NCBI GenBank assembly: GCA_029265355.1
Contig: JAJUJL010000005.1
Coordinates: 168,339-232,338 of the forward strand
DNA length: 64,000 bases
Source: Chloroflexota bacterium
GTDB lineage: Bacteria > Chloroflexota > Anaerolineae > Anaerolineales > UBA4823
Reading direction: 5' to 3'
In this document: in pieces, positions 8,862-18,465 of the stretch
Layout of the letters: the number at the start of each line of letters is the position of its first letter
Position numbering within the stretch: position 1 is the first letter of the stretch
Notes under the pieces: generated by a model
Seen by the model: only the letters and a program-made list of their open reading frames with translations
Databases searched by the model: none
What the model was told of the DNA's origin: nothing
Program-made: the position numbers and the translations under genes

Positions 8862-10511
8862 TTACTCGCGAAAGATGCGCACCCGGCGACGGGGCTCTTT
8901 GCCATAGGAGTGCGAATGCAGCTTGGCTTGTCGGGCCATCTGGTGCTGCAGCCGGCGAATGGAGGCAGAGGCGGGCTGCAGTTCGACCCACCGTTCACCG
9001 TTCAGCACCGCATCGATGGCCGCCTGCGTCTCGCGGCGCACACCTTCTTCGCCCCGCTCATCGATCGCCACCGTGCTCAGATTAAACAGGTCGCTCAGAA
9101 ACTGCTGCATTTGATTGACCGTATTGGCGCGCAACACATAGATCGGCATGCCGCGGTTCTCTGCATCCATGATCGTGCGCTGGCGGTTGCGGTAATAGGA
9201 TCGCAGAGTGACCAGCACTTCAGCCTCTCCAGGCTCATTGACGATCATCGCCGGCACACCCAGGCGTTTTGCAGCCTGGGTCAGCCGGTTTCGGGCAACA
9301 CCGTAAGGGTAGACGCGAATGGTCTGCAGTGCGGCAGTTCCCGCAGCAAAGGAGTCAGCAGAATAGCGAGCGCTTCGTCCTTCGCCTTCCGTCTGTTCAT
9401 CCTGACGGCTATAGAGGCTGCGCTCTTGCGCGTTGCGGTCAGGGCCTCCGCCGTTTCCCACCCGGCGACCAGCCGAAGAGCGGCTCTGCGTGGCAAAAAC
9501 GCCCGGTGCAATGGCCGCTTTTTCCACGTGGAAGCCGCCGCTTTCATCTCGGACGCGAATTTCAGGGGGCAGCGGGTAACCGCGCAGCACCGAATCGACC
9601 GCCTCGGCCACATCGGGGTGAATGGCAAAGGTATCGCGATTCTGAATTTCAATCAACACATCAAAGGTTGGTGGAGCGCGCCGCTCCAGCACGGTCTTCT
9701 GGGTGCCCCGCCGGCGGGCTTCCTCATCAGAAAGGGTGACGGATTCGATACCGCCTACCAGATCAGAGAGAGTCGGGTTGAGCAATAAATTCTCGAGCGT
9801 ATTGCCATGCGCTGTACCGATCAATTGCACACCCCGTTCAGCAATGGTGCGCGCTGCCGCCGCCTCGAGCTCTCGGCCGATCTCATCGATCACGATGGCT
9901 TCCGGGTTGTGATTCTCGACCGCTTCGATCATCACCTCGTGCTGCAGAGAAGGCCTGGCTACCTGCATACGCCGGGCGCGCCCCACTGCCGGGTGTGGGA
10001 CATCTCCATCGCCGCCAATTTCATTGGATGTATCCACAATCACCACCCGCTTGGTCTCTGCCAGCATGCGCGCCGCCTCGCGCAACAGGGTGGTCTTGCC
10101 GACGCCTGGTCGGCCAAGCAAAAGCAGGCTTTTCCCGCTCTCGATCAAGTCTTTGATGATATCGGTTGTGCCATAGACTGCCCGCCCAACCCGGCAGGTG
10201 AGGCCGACAATGCGCCCACGCCGGTTGCGTATGGCTGAGATACGATGCAAGGTGCGTTCCATACCGGCGCGGTTATCAGCGTCAAATTCACCGATGCGCT
10301 CAACGACATAATCAATCTCTGCGGGGGTCACCTCGCTGGGCAGCAAAACAATTTCTCGATCCACAAAACGCGCTGTCGGCACGCGTCCCAGGTCCAGGAT
10401 GATTTCCAGCAAATTGGCTTCGTCATTCGCCTTACGCACCGCTTTTTGAACATCTGCTGGTAGAACGTCTAAGAGCGCCTGCAAATCATCAGTTATCCGC
10501 TTTTGCGACAT
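8862..10511 (-). CDS. Ycf45/SpoIIIAA-like AAA ATPase with C-terminal R3H domain
   Basis: GRPGVGKTT, VIDEIG, TAHGNTLENL; C-terminal ASIRRLQHQMA (R3H). Confidence 0.85.
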   Translation of the reverse strand: MSQKRITDDLQALLDVLPADVQKAVRKANDEANLLEIILDLGRVPTARFVDREIVLLPSEVTPAEIDYVVERIGEFDADNRAGMERTLHRISAIRNRRGRIVGLTCRVGRAVYGTTDIIKDLIESGKSLLLLGRPGVGKTTLLREAARMLAETKRVVIVDTSNEIGGDGDVPHPAVGRARRMQVARPSLQHEVMIEAVENHNPEAIVIDEIGRELEAAAARTIAERGVQLIGTAHGNTLENLLLNPTLSDLVGGIESVTLSDEEARRRGTQKTVLERRAPPTFDVLIEIQNRDTFAIHPDVAEAVDSVLRGYPLPPEIRVRDESGGFHVEKAAIAPGVFATQSRSSAGRRVGNGGGPDRNAQERSLYSRQDEQTEGEGRSARYSADSFAAGTAALQTIRVYPYGVARNRLTQAAKRLGVPAMIVNEPGEAEVLVTLRSYYRNRQRTIMDAENRGMPIYVLRANTVNQMQQFLSDLFNLSTVAIDERGEEGVRRETQAAIDAVLNGERWVELQPASASIRRLQHQMARQAKLHSHSYGKEPRRRVRIFRE

Positions 10512-11469
10512 AAGTTCTTGTCTTCTCCAAAAAAACTCGCTGCACATGCGCGATTGGAGCTGTCATCTCTGGCGAGCCGCCCTCCAATACGGGCAATGCA
10601 TACGACCTCAAAGCTTTTTGTGGGACTGCCAGGTGGCGAACCATTACCGCCTGGCGCGGTCCCGGTTCCGCTCCCATCGCTTCCACGGCAGGCTCCAACC
10701 AGGATTCATAAGTGCGAATGCACAGGTAGATGGGACGGGAGCGCCGGTATGACAGTTTCTGCAGGAAATCTACCAGCCGGTCCACCGCCTCTTCGGCGTC
10801 CGGGTGAACAAAAGGCTGCGCCCAGATGCCGCGATGTCCATATTTTAACTCCACGTAGGCCAGCACATCTCCATCCTGGCGATAAACCATCCCCTGCAAC
10901 CGCTCTGCCGGGAAGGGCTCAACCTGCTGCACCAGGCCGGGCACCAGGTTGTTATACAACGACCGGACTGAGATCAAATCCCGGTCACAGGCGGCATCCC
11001 AGCCGGTCGCCTGGATTTCGCTGGTATTATGCTGCTTCAGCCGCCAGACGCGCTGGCGGGCGTAAATGGCAAAACCAGCCTGGCGCAGGGCGTCATACAC
11101 CGGGCTATGTTCGTTGACATCTGCCAGCAAGCGAAATGCGCCCCGAGCCACCACTTGCGACGCAATGTGCTCGAGCAGCCTGACCAGCTTGGCATTATCC
11201 AGGCCTGGCTCCGGCGCCAGAAAGGTGAGTTGCGCCACCTGAGAGCCGCCCAGGTGGATGACCTGACCGATGAGAAGGTCTCCCGCGCTATCCGCTCCAT
11301 CGCAGATCGCCGTGTAGATGCCCGCGGTGGGCATCAGGGCAGAAAACACAGCTCCTGAGATGAGCATGGGGCCGCGCGTCAATACCAGAGCGTTATGCAA
11401 GAACACGCTCTCTTTGCGCAGGCGATAGAGAGCCGCTAGGTCACGCCAGTCAAAAGATCGAACGCTCAT
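10489..11469 (-). CDS. Conserved hypothetical protein, probable GNAT fold
   Basis: Long ORF in operon; SPVYDALRQAGF resembles a GNAT C-terminal motif. Confidence 0.6.
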   Translation of the reverse strand: MSVRSFDWRDLAALYRLRKESVFLHNALVLTRGPMLISGAVFSALMPTAGIYTAICDGADSAGDLLIGQVIHLGGSQVAQLTFLAPEPGLDNAKLVRLLEHIASQVVARGAFRLLADVNEHSPVYDALRQAGFAIYARQRVWRLKQHNTSEIQATGWDAACDRDLISVRSLYNNLVPGLVQQVEPFPAERLQGMVYRQDGDVLAYVELKYGHRGIWAQPFVHPDAEEAVDRLVDFLQKLSYRRSRPIYLCIRTYESWLEPAVEAMGAEPGPRQAVMVRHLAVPQKALRSYALPVLEGGSPEMTAPIAHVQRVFLEKTRTYVAKADN

Positions 11470-11477
11470 CCAGTCCC

Positions 11478-12086
11478 TTACACCGGCGCCGCCCTGGGCT
11501 GACGAACCTCAGAGGCCATGTGCAAGAACAGGCGGTGAAAGCGATCGTCATCGGTCAACTCTGGATGAAAAGAGGTGGCCAGCAGATGACGCTGGCGAGC
11601 AGCAACGATCCGCCCATTGTCCAGTTGAGCCAGAACGCGCGCCTCGCCACGCACCGTCTCGATCAGCGGGGCGCGAATAAACACCGCATGGTAAGGCTGT
11701 GCGCTCGGGTCCACCAGTTGCAGCTCAGGCACCACCAGGTCGACCTCAAAGCTGGCGATCTGCCTGCCGAAGGCGTTGCGCTCCACGGTAATGTCCATCA
11801 GCTCCAACAACGGCTGTGGACGGCGGGCATCGCGCGACAGGAAAATCGCTCCTGCACAGGTTCCCCAAATCGCCTTGTGCGCGCCAAATTGACGCAATGG
11901 CTCGATCAGGCCAAAATCCACCGCCAATTTGCCTATGGTGGTCGATTCCCCGCCCGGGATGATCAGGCCGTCCAATTGCTCCAAATGCTCTGGCAGGCGC
12001 ACTTGAACCACATCGACCTGCAGCCGGCGCAGCATGGCAATGTGTTCAGAAAAATCACCTTGTAAAGCAAGCACACCGATGCGCAT
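11478..12086 (-). CDS. pdxT: Pyridoxal 5'-phosphate synthase glutaminase subunit
   Basis: IGVLALQGDF, IPGGEST, WGTCAG, SFHPEL. Confidence 0.97.
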   Translation of the reverse strand: MRIGVLALQGDFSEHIAMLRRLQVDVVQVRLPEHLEQLDGLIIPGGESTTIGKLAVDFGLIEPLRQFGAHKAIWGTCAGAIFLSRDARRPQPLLELMDITVERNAFGRQIASFEVDLVVPELQLVDPSAQPYHAVFIRAPLIETVRGEARVLAQLDNGRIVAARQRHLLATSFHPELTDDDRFHRLFLHMASEVRQPRAAPV

Positions 12087-12179
12087 GAAATCTCTCATTC
12101 AAACCAAAGGCAAAACACCCATCTAGCAATGCCCAGATGGTGAATACACGTGGGTTGGCTGGGGCAAAGCAAGGCAACG

Positions 12180-13067
12180 TCACCAACCGCGACCGGCGAT
12201 CAGCTCAGCTTCCGGTATGCTCGAGATTTGGCGCCCCACCATAGGTTCACCCAGATTGCGGCTGACTTCTGCCAGGATGTACGGATCGCGGTAGTGCGTC
12301 ACGGCCTTGACGATGGCGGCCGCGCGCCGGGCAGGATCGCCGGATTTGAAGATGCCTGAGCCAACAAAGACACCATCCACACCCAACTGCATCATCAGGG
12401 CGGCGTCTGCTGGCGTGGCAATACCACCAGCAGCGAAGTTGACCACCGGCAAACGTCCCAGGCTGCGCGTCTCCAACACAAGCTCGTACGGCGCGCCGAT
12501 CTCTTTCGAAAAAGTCATCAACTCTTCCTCAGGCATCGCCTGCAATCGCCGGATTTCACCCAACACGGCCCGTGCGTGCCGGACAGCCTCGACCACATCA
12601 CCGGTGCCCGCCTCGCCCTTGGTGCGGATCATGGCTGCGCCCTCGCCGATACGGCGCAGCGCCTCGCCCAGGTTGCGGCAGCCACACACAAACGGCACTT
12701 TGAAGGTGTGTTTATTGATATGATGGGCCTCATCTGCAGGGGTTAACACCTCTGACTCGTCGATATAGTCCACGCCGATCGCTTCCAGGATCTGCGCCTC
12801 GACAAAATGCCCTATGCGGCATTTTGCCATCACCGGTATGGAAACCGCATCCATGATCTTCAAGATCAGCTCGGGATCGCTCATGCGGGCTACTCCGCCG
12901 TTGGCGCGGATATCCGCGGGCACACGCTCCAGGGCCATCACCGCCACTGCCCCAGCGTCCTCAGCAATGCGAGCATGCTCTGGCGTGACAACATCCATAA
13001 TTACGCCGCCCTTGAGCATCTGCGCCAGTCCTTTTTTAACTGCGAAAGTTGCTATCTGCTGTTCCAT
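12180..13067 (-). CDS. pdxS: Pyridoxal 5'-phosphate synthase lyase subunit
   Basis: [39 protein letters not shown]. Confidence 0.98.
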   Translation of the reverse strand: MEQQIATFAVKKGLAQMLKGGVIMDVVTPEHARIAEDAGAVAVMALERVPADIRANGGVARMSDPELILKIMDAVSIPVMAKCRIGHFVEAQILEAIGVDYIDESEVLTPADEAHHINKHTFKVPFVCGCRNLGEALRRIGEGAAMIRTKGEAGTGDVVEAVRHARAVLGEIRRLQAMPEEELMTFSKEIGAPYELVLETRSLGRLPVVNFAAGGIATPADAALMMQLGVDGVFVGSGIFKSGDPARRAAAIVKAVTHYRDPYILAEVSRNLGEPMVGRQISSIPEAELIAGRGW

Positions 13068-13155
13068 AAAATCTACCTCCTGGGTCTAAATTTGACCCCA
13101 GTTTTTAATCATTCTACCACGCGGGTGAAAGCATGACAATCCAGGCTCTCTCAAG

Positions 13156-13288
13156 TTCGGACAACAATTCGGACAATCAGGGTAAGGCTGTCATCGCGAG
13201 CGACAGCGAAGCGATCTCCGCGATCATTCAGGAGATCGCCTCGCCCCTTCGGGTCTCACAATGACCCGCGAGATGGGGGTTGTCCGAA
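13156..13288. repeat. Palindromic REP/MITE-like element flanked by 10-bp inverted repeats
   Basis: GTCATCGCGAG...CTCACAATGAC (13190-13265) with inner GCGATCTCC/GGAGATCGC; outer TTCGGACAAC (13156) and GTTGTCCGAA (13279). Confidence 0.6.
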
Positions 13289-13476
13289 GGTCAGAGACTC
13301 TTTGGGAATCGCGGTGGCGACAGGCGGGTGTGGAGGTCGTTAGCGGCTTTGCCCTTGCTGCTAAAGCCCAGGGGGAGGAATAAGATCAGCGCAAGAGTAA
13401 CGGCAGATAGATACTCTCCGGTGGCGGGGTCAAGCTGCTCACCCGGTTTGCTGCCATCTCGGCAAACCACAGCTCA

Positions 13477-13800
13477 CTATCTGCCTAAACGGCAATGATG
13501 GCAGCGTGAGGGCAGCCACATCAGAAGCGCTTTTAGAAACTCGCGGCATAGATGCTCACGCGACGCGGCCGCCCATTCCGCGTAGCGGTCAGTAGCAAAC
13601 AGGTCGCCCTGGTAGAGATTTACTGTTGTCTCCCAATCTTCTGTGCGAACAGATGCCTCGAATTCTAGAAAATCCACACACGAGCCTGGCGGCAGGTGCA
13701 GTTCGACCAGCCCTTCAATGTAACCGCCCTTGATGACCTGCCCTGCAGCTTACAACCAGCATGCTTCGGCGTCAAGAGCGCGCCGGATTTCTGGAGAGCA
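13477..13800 (-). pseudogene. Degraded BTAD (SARP/AfsR-type) transcriptional regulator fragment
   Basis: EIRRALD...*...LHLPPGSCVDFLEFE...WETTVNLYQGDLFATDRYAEWAAASREHL, with in-frame stops and no intact start or HTH. Confidence 0.65.
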
Positions 13801-13820
13801 GCTCAATGGTTAACAATAAT

Positions 13821-13834
13821 AGAACACAAGTTCG
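13821..13834. promoter_or_regulatory. Putative LexA (GAAC-N4-GTTC) SOS box
   Basis: AGAAC-ACAA-GTTCG in an AT-rich gap, next to a TATTAT -10-like hexamer on the minus strand. Confidence 0.5.
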
Positions 13835-13949
13835 ATTATTTAGCAGCAGTTTCCATGACCGAAATAGGTCGGCTACGTATTTAGGCGGCTATGCAGATGC
13901 TGAAGATTGCAGCAAAATCATGGCAAATTCCCCCTGGGCTATCCCAGGA

Positions 13950-13965
13950 TGTTTCACGTGAAACA
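13950..13965. other. parS site 1
   Basis: Exact TGTTTCACGTGAAACA, the canonical ParB-binding palindrome. Confidence 0.9.
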
Positions 13966-14019
13966 CTGTTCGGCCGAAAACAAATGCGGCTTCAGGCGGA
14001 AGCCAGGCGAGCCGCTCGT

Positions 14020-14035
14020 CGTTTCACGTGAAACA
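14020..14035. other. parS site 2
   Basis: CGTTTCACGTGAAACA, one mismatch to consensus, 70 bp from site 1. Confidence 0.85.
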
Positions 14036-14036
14036 A

Positions 14037-15053
14037 TCACACGCCGTTCGCCTGAGCCCAGGCATCCAGCGTCTCTTCAACAGTATCCAGGTAGATATCA
14101 AAGGCCTCTATTCGCTCAGCAAAGCCGTCGCCCACCAACCCCAATCCAGCGGCAGCGTTCTGCCAGGCGAGTCGCGCGGTGTGCCCTTCGGGCAGCACAT
14201 CTGCGGCTGAAGTCCAGGTGCGCAGCAGCGGCCACAGCACTGCCTGGGGTGATTCCCCTTTCAGCATGCGCTCCATGGCTTTGGCATAGTACGCCATTCG
14301 AGCAGGGTGCAGGCGAGCCGGGAGGTCCTGTCTGGTTTCTTCAACCGCTGCGTTCCAGGCCGCCTGCCATGCCGGTAGCATTTGCTGCAGTTCGGGTGTC
14401 CCTCCGGCGTTAGCGCCGCCCAACAAACCGAGCAATCCGGGCAGGAGCCCCGGGCGATTCAGCGCACCTGCCCTTTCCCCGAAAGCCAGCAGCAATCGCC
14501 GCTCGGTCAGCGGCATGCCGTTCAGGCTGGCTACAGCATTGACAGTGTGCTCGATGGCTCGCAGGTAGCGCAGCATGATCGATGTTGGAGTATCTCCTTC
14601 CTGTGGACTGTGGAACGACATCCACATCTGGCGGGCATGTTCGTATTGCTGGCGCGAACGGCGCAGCATGTAATCCGGTCGGTCGAATTGCCCGCGCACA
14701 CTGGCCTGGATAAAATCCAAAAAATGCTGAGGATCATAGAGCGGCTTGCAGTAGAACAACGTGGGGCCCATCCAGGGATGCAGTCTCAGTGTCCGTGTAT
14801 CTCGGAATTCTCTCTGCGCATAATGGGCAAGGTCCAGATGCACAAGATCGTTGATGGGCACAATTTCCCGGTCAGCTTGCGGTGTTTCGAGATGGATGAA
14901 GGTCAAATCGATATCCGTTGCGCCGCCAAGCAGGTATTCATCACCCAATAACGATCCGCTCAAATAGACCGCGATGACATCGCTTCCGGGGCGCGTTCGC
15001 TGCTTGACCGTTTCATCGGCAATATTTAAGAGCATATCTCGGGTGATCCGCAT
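14037..15053 (-). CDS. Hypothetical protein with N-terminal DNA pol-beta-like nucleotidyltransferase domain
   Basis: VIAVYLSGSLL...GGATDIDL (GS...DxD motif) followed by a helical C-terminus. Confidence 0.65.
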   Translation of the reverse strand: MRITRDMLLNIADETVKQRTRPGSDVIAVYLSGSLLGDEYLLGGATDIDLTFIHLETPQADREIVPINDLVHLDLAHYAQREFRDTRTLRLHPWMGPTLFYCKPLYDPQHFLDFIQASVRGQFDRPDYMLRRSRQQYEHARQMWMSFHSPQEGDTPTSIMLRYLRAIEHTVNAVASLNGMPLTERRLLLAFGERAGALNRPGLLPGLLGLLGGANAGGTPELQQMLPAWQAAWNAAVEETRQDLPARLHPARMAYYAKAMERMLKGESPQAVLWPLLRTWTSAADVLPEGHTARLAWQNAAAGLGLVGDGFAERIEAFDIYLDTVEETLDAWAQANGV

Positions 15054-15094
15054 TGTTTCCCTCTTGTTCCCGTTTCAATTATCGGCAGATCTTC

Positions 15095-15757
15095 TCATTC
15101 TTTGTGAGCGGCGTTCAAGGGCAACTCCGCCTGGAAGGGCGACAGGTGCAAAGCCTGGCGGATTCGGTTCTCGACCAGATTCAAGTTGTCTGCGTTGCGC
15201 ACAAAATCCAGGTTATTGGTATCGATGGCCAGTATCGGCACCCCGTGTGATTTTCCACGCTCTGGATCCAGGTATACCGCTTCATAAGTGCGGTTGAGTT
15301 GATCAATGTAGGTGCGCTCCATATTTCGCTCGTAGGGACGATCACGCAGAGCGATGCGCTGCATCAAGGTATCGGTGTCCGCCCTGAGATAGACAATCAG
15401 GTCCGGCAGGATAATTTTCTCTGCCAGGGCTTCGTGCACGCGGAAGTACATATCCAGCTCGTCGCCATGCAGGTTAATGCGGGCGAAGAGCGAGTCTTTT
15501 TCGAAGGTATAATCTGCGATCAGGTTGGCGCCGCGCTGCAGTATTTCGGGCACAGCGCGCCGTTGCTGGTGATAGCGGCTCAGCAAGAAAAATATTTGTG
15601 TCTGGAAGGCATAGCGCTCACGATCCGCGTAAAAGTCTGAGAGGAATGGGTTTTCCTCAAAGACCTCCAGCAGTATTTCCGCCTGGAGTGAGCTCTGCAG
15701 CAGCCGAGCCAGCGTTGTTTTTCCGACCCCGATTACACCTTCGATGGCAATATACAT
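15095..15757 (-). CDS. Deoxynucleoside kinase
   Basis: YIAIEGVIGVGKTT, ENPFLSDFYAD, FQTQIFFLLSR, PDLIVYL. Confidence 0.93.
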   Translation of the reverse strand: MYIAIEGVIGVGKTTLARLLQSSLQAEILLEVFEENPFLSDFYADRERYAFQTQIFFLLSRYHQQRRAVPEILQRGANLIADYTFEKDSLFARINLHGDELDMYFRVHEALAEKIILPDLIVYLRADTDTLMQRIALRDRPYERNMERTYIDQLNRTYEAVYLDPERGKSHGVPILAIDTNNLDFVRNADNLNLVENRIRQALHLSPFQAELPLNAAHKE

Positions 15758-15824
15758 ATATCTTCACCTGTTGAGTGTGTTGGATTGCGCCTTATGCCAG
15801 GCTGTGTGGGTATCATTCGCCATA

Positions 15825-16529
15825 TCAACTGCTTTTGGTGGGCAATCCGCCTGTCATGGCGCGCAGCAAGGTGCGGATCACCAGCCTGCCAGACTCGGCC
15901 CGGTGCAGTACACGTCCCAGCGGAGATGCATTCACCGCCGTTTCAACCAGGATATCCAGGCGTTCGCCGCCTTTCTGCCTGGCCTGCAAATACGCCATAC
16001 CGGCCCCAAATAAGTACCCCAGATCCATCCCCGTCTGAGATTGCGGTTCTCCCGTATCCTTCTCCCGACTCGCTTCATAGCGGTCCCAATCCGCCAGGGC
16101 ATCCAACAGCGCCTTGACGACATCCTTCTCCCGTCCTGTGGCAGATGTTTTTGAATTTTCCCCCTCCTCCTGGGGTTTTAGCTGGCTGGCAGTGTAAGAC
16201 ACCAGATCTTGAAGGCTGAGTCGATGTTCCTGCAATCGCGCTGCAAGCAGAGATAGGCCAACCCCATAGACATGCGCTGAGTCATTGTCTGGCAATGCTT
16301 CCAACTGGCGACTGGCCTGCAACATGACTTGAGAAAGATCCGCTCCCTGGGAGCCAGCAGCTTGCTCAGACTGGGCTGTTCGAACTGCAACCTCGAAAAT
16401 GGCCACCATGTGATCGCCATGATTACCATCGACCGTATCGGCCTGGTTCAGTCGCAAGCGCTGATCCCTCAGCGCCTGTAGTACAGCGCTGAAAATCTCA
16501 TACAGGTCGAGGCGTGGCTGCTCAAGCAT
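15825..16529 (-). CDS. Stand-alone DAK2/DhaL-like domain protein
   Basis: LNQADTVDGNHGDHM resembles the DAK2 LNxLD...GDHG motif. Confidence 0.6.
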   Translation of the reverse strand: MLEQPRLDLYEIFSAVLQALRDQRLRLNQADTVDGNHGDHMVAIFEVAVRTAQSEQAAGSQGADLSQVMLQASRQLEALPDNDSAHVYGVGLSLLAARLQEHRLSLQDLVSYTASQLKPQEEGENSKTSATGREKDVVKALLDALADWDRYEASREKDTGEPQSQTGMDLGYLFGAGMAYLQARQKGGERLDILVETAVNASPLGRVLHRAESGRLVIRTLLRAMTGGLPTKSS

Positions 16530-16615
16530 TCGTAATAGCTGCGGTGCGCCGTTCTTCTGCTCGCAGAAGCCTGGCTAGAGCGACGCACCGGTAGAGAAAA
16601 TGGTAGAGATGGCGC

Positions 16616-18397
16616 TCAGGCTTTCGCAACAGGCAATTTTTCGATTTCATCCAGCGTCGCAGACAGAACATCAAAGCCGCCCTGCCAAAACTCAGCCGAA
16701 GCGATATCGACGCCCGCTTCGCTCAAAACACGCGCTGGCGACTCAGACCCGCCAGCCGCCAGGATATTCAAATACCGCGGCTTGAAGGAATCGCCCTCGG
16801 ATTTGTACTGCTGGTACAACGAGAGCACCAACAGTTGCCCAAAGGCGTAAGCATAGACGTAGAAAGGCACCTGGTAGATATGGGGGATCGAAACCCATTC
16901 CCAACGAAACTCATCGCTGACATCCACTGCATCCCCGAATTGCCGCCTCAGGTTCTCCATGTAAGCTGTGGAGAGATCATCCACCGAGGCGCCTTGCAGC
17001 ACCATCTCATGCGCCTGGCGCTCAAACAGGGCAAAGAAGGCTTGCCGCATAATGGTCGCATAGGCGTCATCCATCTGGCGGAAGAGCAAGTCTCGGCGCA
17101 CAGCCTCGTCATTCTCGTTGGAGAGCAGCTTGTCGATGAGCACCATTTCGGCAAATGTCGAGGCCGTTTCCGCCAACGGCAAAGAAGGGTGGAAAGTGAA
17201 CAGATTGTGATGGGCAGCCAGCATGGAATGGATGGCATGGCCCAGTTCGTGCGCCATGGTTGCCACATCATCAGCTCGGCCCTGGTAATTGAGCAGCACC
17301 CAAGGAGTCATGTCCGGTACAACGGTGCTGCAAAACGCCCCGCCGCGTTTTCCCTTGCGCACCTCGCTATCCAGCCGCTGTTCATCGAATACGCGGCGCG
17401 CCAGGCTGGCGACCTTAGGTTCGAATTCCTGTAATGATTCGAGCACCATTTCAGCCGCCTCGCCAAAGGCATAGGTCTTTTCAGATTCAGCAATTGTGGC
17501 GTAGATATCGTAACGGCGCAGGCGCTCCATTCCCAACCAGCGGGCCTTAAGCCGGAAATAGCGTTGGAAAAGTGGGGCGTTGCGCTCGCAGACTTGCAAC
17601 AGGGTGTCCACAACCTGATCCGGGATATCATTTGCCAGGTTGCGCGCCGCGATCGGGCTGGCAAATTTTCGCAATTCTACTTGCTCGTTTCGCCAATCTC
17701 GCACCAATGTTTGATAAATCTGCCCTAAGATCGCGCCTTCTTCCCCATACACCCGGTATAGCTCCTGGTAAGCTCGAGCGCGCCAATCGGCGTTGTTGCT
17801 GCGCGCATACACCATCAGTTCTCCGCGCGTCAACTCCTTGATCTCGCCATCCACTTCCATCTTGAAAACATAGCGGTTGGTAATCGTATCGTACAGGTTA
17901 CCCAGTGCGCTCGATCCCGTTACGTTTTTGATATTAATGATCTTCTCTTCCGCTTCCGAAAGCGTGTGCGGTTTGAAGTGGCGCATCTCTTCCAGCCAGT
18001 AGCGATAATCGCCGGCTTTAGCCATCAAGCGGGCTGCATTGTGATCATCCAGGTCCTTCCACCACAAGCTGAAAAACAGCACCCGGTTTTGCAGCTCTGC
18101 CATGAGCTGTTCGACCTGCCCCAAGAAAGCCATGATTCCCTGATCCTGGGTATCTGCCGCAAAGCTGAGCCCGGCAAAACCGTACAGGCGATAACCCAGG
18201 TGATTGATAGCTTCCAGGCTACGCACAATCTCGAAGAATTCTTCGGGCGAGATATCTGGCTTAAGCCGGGCGCGATTAGCTTCAAAAGCACTGACCTGTG
18301 CTTTCAATTCATCGATGGCTTGTCGCACTTCGGGAGAGTCAACCGAGGAAAACAGGGGAGACAGGCTCCATTGCGTCTGTGTGTAAGGTAGGGTCAT
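16616..18397 (-). CDS. pepF: Oligoendopeptidase F (M3B)
   Basis: TMAHELGHAIH (HExxH), AETASTFAE, IPHIYQVPFYVYAY. Confidence 0.93.
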   Translation of the reverse strand: MTLPYTQTQWSLSPLFSSVDSPEVRQAIDELKAQVSAFEANRARLKPDISPEEFFEIVRSLEAINHLGYRLYGFAGLSFAADTQDQGIMAFLGQVEQLMAELQNRVLFFSLWWKDLDDHNAARLMAKAGDYRYWLEEMRHFKPHTLSEAEEKIINIKNVTGSSALGNLYDTITNRYVFKMEVDGEIKELTRGELMVYARSNNADWRARAYQELYRVYGEEGAILGQIYQTLVRDWRNEQVELRKFASPIAARNLANDIPDQVVDTLLQVCERNAPLFQRYFRLKARWLGMERLRRYDIYATIAESEKTYAFGEAAEMVLESLQEFEPKVASLARRVFDEQRLDSEVRKGKRGGAFCSTVVPDMTPWVLLNYQGRADDVATMAHELGHAIHSMLAAHHNLFTFHPSLPLAETASTFAEMVLIDKLLSNENDEAVRRDLLFRQMDDAYATIMRQAFFALFERQAHEMVLQGASVDDLSTAYMENLRRQFGDAVDVSDEFRWEWVSIPHIYQVPFYVYAYAFGQLLVLSLYQQYKSEGDSFKPRYLNILAAGGSESPARVLSEAGVDIASAEFWQGGFDVLSATLDEIEKLPVAKA

Positions 18398-18465
18398 TTG
18401 GGGATTCTCGTCTTTCTCTGGTCGAGGGATTGAGATGTTGAAGAAATAAATTATACCTGATGCCG

